This document shows positions 63,489 through 64,000 of a DNA stretch of 64,000 bases, one piece after another (positions within the stretch are counted from its first letter, which is position 1; each line of letters opens with the position of its first letter). The position numbers and the translations under genes were made by a program. Origin of the DNA: Podarcis vaucheri (Eukaryota); assembly GCA_965113315.1 (NCBI GenBank), contig OZ220368.1. The stretch is one strand, 5' to 3'. The notes below the pieces were generated by a model. The model was given only the letters and a program-made list of their open reading frames with translations. It did no database searches and was not told where the DNA came from.

Positions 63489-64000
63489 TAAGAAACAATG
63501 GGTGATCAGCTAGAAGTAGGAGTGCCAGCTTGGCCCTATGACCATGGGTGCTCAGATCTGTGGGTGCCATGAAGCGTGCATGGTCCTGGAGCCGAAATTT
63601 GTGGGTGCCCAACCCTTTCATGGAGAATTTTGTAGGTGCTCGAGCACCCAGGGCCCCAGGGAGCCAGCACTTATGGCTGGAAGGATCAAAAGGTTTTGTA
63701 TATAGAGTGTATGTTCCACGCGTTTAAACACAGGTGTATTATTTTCAGGCATACAATTAAATTTGTGGATTTAGTTTGATCATTGAAGACCTCTCTTGGA
63801 ACTTGCTGGAGCTTGGGTTTCGCTTGCAGAGCAGAGCTATGTTTTTTGCCTCAATCACCCTTACCAGAATCAAAGTTGTTCAAAGTTGTTGCTTTTACAG
63901 GCAGGAGTTTTTCCTTTTTAATTAGGTATGCATCTTACAGTAAAATAGTACCATTACAGATGAAGGGAGCAATTCTCTGCTGTATGTGAGGGTAGCTGAG

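Noticed and set aside
55300-64000. Neighbouring gene (ERI3 expected upstream from recalled synteny)
   Set aside because: No coding exon or second CpG island is visible in this interval.

Overview
This is vertebrate genomic DNA, most likely from a squamate and probably a lacertid lizard, inferred from the Sauria SINE, Squam-type SINEs and L2/CR1 LINE remnants. It holds the 5' end of RNF220 (RING finger E3 ubiquitin ligase) on the minus strand: a CpG-rich promoter (~51.8-55.3 kb), a probable non-coding exon 1 (donor after 54633), exon 2 (47860-47119, ATG at 47743, 625 coding nt, phase-1 donor) and the first ~47 kb of a long intron 2 that runs off the left edge. About 9 kb of upstream intergenic DNA lies to the right, and no other host coding exon is supported. 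Intron 2 contains several CpG-retaining, homeobox-motif-rich blocks that look like enhancers, although conservation cannot be seen from one sequence. It also holds many non-autonomous DNA transposons with intact TIRs and TSDs. The best leads are: (1) a complete recursive-splice-site/poison-exon architecture at 33472-33595 that would regenerate the native exon-2 donor; (2) Pack-type hAT and Tc1/mariner elements with unrelated GC-rich cargo, one apparently carrying a captured host 5'UTR plus a polyQ N-terminal coding segment; (3) an excess of perfect sense-strand U1 sites in intron 2; (4) a near-identical inverted MITE pair; (5) a pre-miRNA-sized hairpin; (6) two uORFs in the RNF220 leader. Family names and homology calls come from recall, not from a database search.
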